IMG/VR virus record: IMGVR_UViG_3300005573_000023
Coordinates: 1 to 39,901 of that record
Reading direction: 5' to 3' (one strand)
Origin: a virus
Lineage: Duplodnaviria > Caudoviricetes
DNA length: 39,901 nt
The notes under the pieces are model-generated. The model had not been told where the DNA came from and made no database searches. It saw nothing but the letters and a program-made list of their open reading frames with translations. A program made the position numbers and the translations under genes. How positions within the stretch are numbered: position 1 is the stretch's first letter; each line of letters opens with the position of its first letter. This document shows positions 34,848 to 39,901 of the stretch, one piece after another.

Positions 34848-35172
34848 GCTTCACCATCAGTTTCGCCACCTCATCGCAATCTATTCCCAACTTCTGACAC
34901 AGGATGATATTGGTATAAAGCAGGGTCCCAAGGATCAGCCGAATCTGCTTGATGTCTTCGTGAATCTCTTTGAATCGGGCATCGTCTGCAGCAAGTTTGG
35001 AGTTTTGAGCTTCTACCAAAGCCATTATCCGATTCAAACACGCTTCCCGCTCTTTTGTGCACATGGCCGCCGTCACCCTCGATGATTCAGCGAAATACCG
35101 GTCCCAGGCCCACTTTCCCAACAACGCTAAGATAGCGGAAATGATAATGTAGACTACTTGCTCCCAAGTCAT
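34834..35172 (-). CDS. Holin-like membrane protein
   Basis: N-terminal TM helix plus coiled coil; upstream of the endolysin. Confidence 0.55.
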   Translation of the reverse strand: MTWEQVVYIIISAILALLGKWAWDRYFAESSRVTAAMCTKEREACLNRIMALVEAQNSKLAADDARFKEIHEDIKQIRLILGTLLYTNIILCQKLGIDCDEVAKLMVKHGVE

Positions 35173-35483
35173 GGATTGAATATGACCCTTCCTATGTTTT
35201 CGGTTTAACTCTCGCCCAATATCCGGGCATCTGATTGTATGACAGATACGCTCTTAATTCCGACTTGGTCGTAATCTCATTATTCTGGTCATCCCATTTC
35301 CATCCGACATACTCGCCATTGGCGTCGAAATAGTTTTTGGGCCTGACTATCTTGACTAAATCCCCATCCACCCCGATCACCTTGAGAATGGGAGTAAACA
35401 TCTCATGCCAGACATCACCAACTTCAGGATGACACAAATGTTTTTCTTCCAAATTATTATTCGTCATGGATTGAATATGACCC
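35168..35483. repeat. 21-bp direct repeat flanking a single gene
   Basis: GTCATGGATTGAATATGACCC at 35168-35188 and 35463-35483. Confidence 0.9.
35192..35467 (-). CDS. Hypothetical protein within the direct repeats
   Basis: 91-aa ORF; ATGA overlap with the upstream gene. Confidence 0.75.
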   Translation of the reverse strand: MTNNNLEEKHLCHPEVGDVWHEMFTPILKVIGVDGDLVKIVRPKNYFDANGEYVGWKWDDQNNEITTKSELRAYLSYNQMPGYWARVKPKT

Positions 35484-36042
35484 CCATATTGATCTGTCCT
35501 GGCCTCGCTCCCAATTCAAGCAGCCGATCCCTTATGGCCGGCCCAAGGCGGAATCCGCAACGATCAGGTCCATCATTAGCAATAATGGTTACCGACTTTG
35601 CCCTATCCACAATCAGCTTCCCAGCGGCATCCCTCACAATCTTGTCGAACCATTGATGGATGGATGCCCGAAGTCCATGATCAGCATTGAAGCCGGCAAG
35701 GGAGCCTGCCCCATCGTCCGGCATCGTATGATCAGGACCAAAGGCATAGATGAAGGCCAGGGCATAATAGAGCGCATTGTCGTTTGGATGTTGGAATCCT
35801 GCGGCCCTCATCATATCAGGTATCCTATCCAGGTCAGCAATAACAAAAGAATCGGAAGTAGATGGTTGCGGGAATTCGACTGCTGGGGCCGTATATTCTG
35901 GTTTCTGCCCCTTGGCGAAGAACTCCTTCAACGCCTCCAAGCACGCCTCTTTCATCGCTGCCTTGAGATCGGGCAGGTATTTTGGGATCAACGGCTCGGC
36001 CTGTCTCACAATCTCCTTGGCTATATTTTCCCAAACTCCCAT
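35464..36042 (-). CDS. Hypothetical protein
   Basis: 192-aa ORF with AAGGAGG SD. Confidence 0.75.
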   Translation of the reverse strand: MGVWENIAKEIVRQAEPLIPKYLPDLKAAMKEACLEALKEFFAKGQKPEYTAPAVEFPQPSTSDSFVIADLDRIPDMMRAAGFQHPNDNALYYALAFIYAFGPDHTMPDDGAGSLAGFNADHGLRASIHQWFDKIVRDAAGKLIVDRAKSVTIIANDGPDRCGFRLGPAIRDRLLELGARPGQINMGVIFNP

Positions 36043-36054
36043 TCATCCACCTCC

Positions 36055-36315
36055 TTATCTCTTCTTCTTCTTTCCCGTCACAATCGGTTGATCCTTCTGC
36101 TTTTTCGGCTTCTTCCCTTTCGGCTTCTTCTTCGCCATTGCCATCACCTCCCTCACGAATTCGTGGTTGTTATGCGAAGCATCCTCTATTACCCTCAACA
36201 CCACCTCTTCGATCATGTCAGAGGCCTGCAATACAGTAAAATCCCACCAAGGCCGTAGCTCCATCACCACCTCTACCCCAATACCATTCAGGACCATCCA
36301 CCTATCACTGTCCAT
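36055..36315 (-). CDS. Hypothetical protein with internal in-frame start for a 27-aa Lys-rich peptide (36138)
   Basis: GGAGGT 7 nt upstream of ATG 36138. Confidence 0.55.
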   Translation of the reverse strand: MDSDRWMVLNGIGVEVVMELRPWWDFTVLQASDMIEEVVLRVIEDASHNNHEFVREVMAMAKKKPKGKKPKKQKDQPIVTGKKKKR

Positions 36316-36712
36316 TTGGGCTGACCTCTATCCGCAACCGGATCGGGACGGTCACGGTAGAAAAGTCAAAGATATATGAGCACTCATTGCTCGGCCCGCT
36401 TTCGAATCCACTTGTGGCGACGGCAGTAGCAACGAAGTAGAGCGTTGTCTTTTGTCCGCTGGGGACGGTCAGGACCGTAGTTGCGGTATAGGTGGGTTTG
36501 GCTTGGCCATCATAGGGAACCACAACGAATGTCTCATACGGCCCGCCAGGGGTGGGGGATTTCTTGATGCGCCATTCTTTCAGCACGGGCAGGTCTGTTG
36601 CATCCTGTTCCCAGGCGAAGGTGACGGATTTGTCCGCTGAGAAGCCGATATTGACCCACCAGAACAACAGACACAAAATACCAATGATTATTGGCCAAAG
36701 TATCCTTCTCAT
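36305..36712 (-). CDS. Signal-peptide/TM-anchored fibronectin type III-like protein
   Basis: Hydrophobic N-terminus; VTFAW...YFVATAV..SGFESGPSNE. Confidence 0.8.
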   Translation of the reverse strand: MRRILWPIIIGILCLLFWWVNIGFSADKSVTFAWEQDATDLPVLKEWRIKKSPTPGGPYETFVVVPYDGQAKPTYTATTVLTVPSGQKTTLYFVATAVATSGFESGPSNECSYIFDFSTVTVPIRLRIEVSPNGQ

Positions 36713-37248
36713 AGGCCCTCCTGCACTATGGATTCATAGACATCTCTCGTCAAAATGCCTTCGAATATAATGATCATATCCTTATCAATTCGCCACCTGT
36801 CGGCCAAGTCATCAGGCGTCAAACCATAGACAATATTGTGGAAGCAAGCTCCGTCCATAAACTTGGCAGTCAGCTCTGAGCAGACCCCTGGCCCAAAAGC
36901 AAAGAACTTGGAAATGCGCAGCAGGTGGAGGGGCAATCTCCATACCGGATACAGTTTCCCGATCATGGGCTTGATGGCCCGATATCCCAGTAAGAACCTT
37001 GGCGTGGTCATATCTTTATGGCGAACGACCATAGTCTGCTTTCCGATGATATCCCGAAGGTGGTATCTACTGATCCGCCATTTGGCCTCTATTGTAGTCC
37101 CAAGTCTGGAGACGATCACCCCAGCATGGTTATAGGTGCTCTCATTGTCTGTAGACCAAAACCACTGCACTACCCTGATGACCCATGGGATGAAGCCGCT
37201 GGTTTTAACGACGAAGAGGTCACCTTGCTTGATTTTCTCCACTACCAT
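36709..37248 (-). CDS. Permuted papain-like NlpC/P60 (YiiX/YebB-like) enzyme
   Basis: GD...YNHAGVI...IEA...IGKLY...VCSEL...TPDDL (His before Cys). Confidence 0.85.
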   Translation of the reverse strand: MVVEKIKQGDLFVVKTSGFIPWVIRVVQWFWSTDNESTYNHAGVIVSRLGTTIEAKWRISRYHLRDIIGKQTMVVRHKDMTTPRFLLGYRAIKPMIGKLYPVWRLPLHLLRISKFFAFGPGVCSELTAKFMDGACFHNIVYGLTPDDLADRWRIDKDMIIIFEGILTRDVYESIVQEGL

Positions 37249-37553
37249 TTCGTCTTGCCCCTCCCCCAAAAATCGGATTTCTTCGTGGAGTAATACACAA
37301 TACAAGACCCGCCACTAATTTCCAGATAGATACCATTGGGGCAATGGATCGGAGCGGAATGAAGCACCCCGTCAGTCGGCTTGTTTCCGTCGGCCACAAA
37401 TTGTTCCACAAGGCTACCGGAGTTATCCTGCCCGTTATAAATCTTGATGGTCCTGTTTGACCCCCCCGTAACCGCCACCACTCCGCAATAGACACAATCT
37501 CCGGTATAGATGATACTGTTTGCCGTCTTTTCGCCTGAAGAATATTTGATCAT
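37242..37553 (-). CDS. Small beta-rich virion protein
   Basis: IKIYNG...PIHCPNGIY...IVYY pattern; SD before ATG 37553. Confidence 0.7.
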   Translation of the reverse strand: MIKYSSGEKTANSIIYTGDCVYCGVVAVTGGSNRTIKIYNGQDNSGSLVEQFVADGNKPTDGVLHSAPIHCPNGIYLEISGGSCIVYYSTKKSDFWGRGKTKW

Positions 37554-37561
37554 GTCTTCCC

Positions 37562-37732
37562 CTACCCTAATATCGTGCTGAATGAAGTAGCCAGAATACT
37601 GACCCATCGGACCAGGGATGGGCTCATACTGGGGAGCACATCCATAACGCCCCAGGAGGCGAAGCGATTTGCCCGCCGCTGAGCACTGGAGGCCCCGTAA
37701 AATCCCCATCCCACGAAGGGTAAATAATTCAT
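37562..37732 (-). CDS. 56-aa hypothetical protein (MNYLPFVGWGFYG...); not in the ORF track
   Basis: ATGA overlap with the upstream stop; fills the gap. Confidence 0.6.
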   Translation of the reverse strand: MNYLPFVGWGFYGASSAQRRANRFASWGVMDVLPSMSPSLVRWVSILATSFSTILG

Positions 37733-38037
37733 AGTTTACCTGTCAGGGCCATCCAGGCCTTCTTGAAACGTCCGCCCTCGACCCTCTTGGTCAGGAGTTG
37801 ATCCATTAAGAGTTTGCCTTCTTCCAGATGTAACCTTTCGGCATTCCGCAACAGTTCCACATCCAACTCGTGGCCATCCGGGAAGGTCTCCCCCTTTTCC
37901 AGCCGATCATAGACCGCTTCCATGGCATTGGCTATCACAACAGGTGAGAACCCCTTTTTTCGCAGCCACGAGATTTGCCCCTCCGGCGTTCGTAGGCCGC
38001 CATCAGCGTAAGGCTCAATCAATCTCTGGTAATCCAT
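37729..38037 (-). CDS. Hypothetical protein
   Basis: TAATG coupling to the repeat protein. Confidence 0.7.
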   Translation of the reverse strand: MDYQRLIEPYADGGLRTPEGQISWLRKKGFSPVVIANAMEAVYDRLEKGETFPDGHELDVELLRNAERLHLEEGKLLMDQLLTKRVEGGRFKKAWMALTGKL

Positions 38038-39503
38038 TATTCCAACCTCTTTCTCGTCGTCTTAACAGAGTCGTCGGTGAGGCAATTGGCAACCGAGAAC
38101 TTGACAGTCGTCGAATTATCCTCATATAGCGTCACCGTTCCAGTCGAGTCCGTAACCTCAATCCTATTCCGCACAATGTCTTCGATCAGGTCAACGACGC
38201 TATCAACCGTGTCTATTGCAGATTTGATTGCCGAATTGCCGTAGGTTCCGTTCGTTGCCACAGCATACACATCTCCGCTCTGGGGCTGATGCGTCCCAGC
38301 GGCCAGCGTCCCGACAACACGGCTAAGAAGGGTCTGCATATCGGTATGCAACGCAACAGCTCCCCCGCCTAAGTTGTCCAAATACCCAGCTCTCGTTGCC
38401 GTCAGCCTGCTCTCCAAATCGTCCACAAACCCCTTGATCTGCTCGTTCCCGTAGGCGGCATTGGTAACCACAGCATAAGCATCCCCACTCTGAGGCTGGT
38501 GGGTGCCGGCGGCCAGCGTTCCAATAATCCTCGTCAACAAGGTCTGGACATCGGCGTTGAGTGCGACTGCGCCGCCGCTCAAATTGTCCAGGTATCCGGC
38601 CCTGGCAGCTGTCCAGGTAGTATTCGATAGGGCAGTAGCCGCCGCCGCTCTGGAGCTAATGGTTGCATCGAGATTGTCTAACTTGGCGGCCCTGGCAGAA
38701 GTATAGTCGCTTCCATTGGCCCTGGAACTCACGGTCGTATCCAAGTTCGTCTTCAGTTTCATCCCAATCGAGCTTGCCGTAGCAATAGCGCTTTCCAGCA
38801 CATCCCAAACCGCCACGGCCAACGAAGTCGAGAAGGCAGAAAGCGTCCTTGTCGAATAACTCCAGATGTCGGCAATCAATGTCCCAAAACTGCTCAAGGT
38901 CCTGGTGGTATAGGACCAGACATCCGCAGCTGTCAGGGTTGACCTGGAGCTGATTGCTGCATCCAGATAGCCTGCCTTGGTATCGGTCCAAGTAGTGTTG
39001 GACAGGGCCGTCGAGGCGGGTGCCCTGGAACTAATCGTTGCATCCAATTGAGCACCTAAATCTCTGGCAGTTTGTGCTGTTCCAGCAACATTGACCACAT
39101 TGACGCCTAATTGAGCGGTGGTGGTAGAGACTGCTGAGCCTGAAATTTGTCGCACATCAACCTGGGCGTAAGAGGACCCATAGAACGCATCGAATTCTTG
39201 AGCCGAAATAACTTCGAATTCGTGCCAAACAGGAAGGGCACCAGTCATGTTGACGGTGATGACTAACCGCCCAAGGGTGTCGGTGTCGGTTGCATCAAGG
39301 GTGCAGTAGTAATAGCCGTTGGCGATATGAGTGGCCCCGCCAGAATTCTTATTAGAAAAACTTATGGCGTTGTTCTTAGCCAGTTTGATGTCGGTGTTGG
39401 CTATGGTCAATGCGGTCTCCGCAGTCTTCCCATCGGTATCATCAAGAAATGGGCCAATGATAATTGTCTGTGAAGCTGTGCTGTATCTTATAGGAAGTGC
39501 CAT
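38037..39503 (-). CDS. Repeat-rich fibre-like virion protein, 488 aa
   Basis: Repeats LDATISSR, ALSNTTWT, RAGYLDNL, GTLAAGTHQPQSGD, VWSYxTRTL. Confidence 0.8.
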   Translation of the reverse strand: MALPIRYSTASQTIIIGPFLDDTDGKTAETALTIANTDIKLAKNNAISFSNKNSGGATHIANGYYYCTLDATDTDTLGRLVITVNMTGALPVWHEFEVISAQEFDAFYGSSYAQVDVRQISGSAVSTTTAQLGVNVVNVAGTAQTARDLGAQLDATISSRAPASTALSNTTWTDTKAGYLDAAISSRSTLTAADVWSYTTRTLSSFGTLIADIWSYSTRTLSAFSTSLAVAVWDVLESAIATASSIGMKLKTNLDTTVSSRANGSDYTSARAAKLDNLDATISSRAAAATALSNTTWTAARAGYLDNLSGGAVALNADVQTLLTRIIGTLAAGTHQPQSGDAYAVVTNAAYGNEQIKGFVDDLESRLTATRAGYLDNLGGGAVALHTDMQTLLSRVVGTLAAGTHQPQSGDVYAVATNGTYGNSAIKSAIDTVDSVVDLIEDIVRNRIEVTDSTGTVTLYEDNSTTVKFSVANCLTDDSVKTTRKRLE

Positions 39504-39901
39504 TATACCATTCTCCTACGACGATAATAATCCATGAAGATAGGAAGAGAACTTCCGCCGCCAGCGGCCACGTATTGATCCGCCCCGATGTCCCAGGTAG
39601 ACCCACGGGATTCGCCGTCTATGTCATCCGAGAACGCAAGATAAGAATCGCCCGATAAGTTCGCCCCATAACCCTTTGCCCCAGTGTCGGTTGAGGCAAG
39701 ATGATAGTTTTTGTTAGTCTCGTTAACAAAAGTAACCGTTACTGCGTTGCGTGGGTTAGATCCTGGGGCGTCGGTTTGAGAGGGACCGGAAAGATTGTTG
39801 GTAGAGGAAGAGGAGAAGGTGCCGTTATAATTGTCAGAGTTATTGTAGGAAATGTTGTTTTTGAGAATAACGTTTGTGGTGGAAGAGCTTGAAGTAATAC
39901 C
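39503..39901 (-). CDS. 3' part of the origin-spanning beta-helix protein
   Basis: ...NYHLASTDTGA...DDIDGESRGSTWDIGADQY...RRRRMV*, TAA 39505-39503 overlapping the next ATG. Confidence 0.85.
   Translation of the reverse strand, partial: GITSSSSTTNVILKNNISYNNSDNYNGTFSSSSTNNLSGPSQTDAPGSNPRNAVTVTFVNETNKNYHLASTDTGAKGYGANLSGDSYLAFSDDIDGESRGSTWDIGADQYVAAGGGSSLPIFMDYYRRRRMV
39781..39901. repeat. Terminal 121-bp direct repeat, copy 2
   Basis: Identical to 1-121. Confidence 0.97.

Noticed and set aside
21413-39892. Numerous plus-strand ORFs opposite the structural genes
   Set aside because: Antisense shadows of tightly coupled minus-strand genes; no recognisable motifs or SDs.

Overview
Complete, circularly assembled ~39.78 kb genome of a temperate tailed phage (bases 1-121 are repeated exactly at 39781-39901) with a BPP-1/T7-like podovirus virion module. 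The minus strand carries a late operon (terS, terL, portal, scaffold, major capsid, Bbp16-like cement, beta-helix and repeat fibre proteins, a lysis/accessory block, tail tubular A/B, three internal virion proteins, tail fibre) and an early operon (cro, cII-position gene, annealing protein/exonuclease, RusA, replication initiator with iterons). The plus strand carries cI, a tyrosine integrase with an intact attP (tRNA 3' end plus arm repeats), and a self-contained operon (MoxR AAA+, vWA protein, ZAS zinc finger). The strongest unexplained signals are non-coding. (1) The predicted integrase transcript starts with 21 nt complementary (20/21) to the early lytic mRNA, and this stretch overlaps a hairpin hiding the int SD/ATG, suggesting a trans-acting RNA switch. 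(2) Four NrdR-type boxes in two 31-bp-spaced pairs, plus a sigma54 promoter, lie in the terS/MoxR divergent region of a phage with no recognisable ribonucleotide reductase. (3) cI has an in-frame stop. (4) A structured sRNA candidate sits beside attP. All calls come from reading the sequence and recalling motifs; no searches or folding were run.
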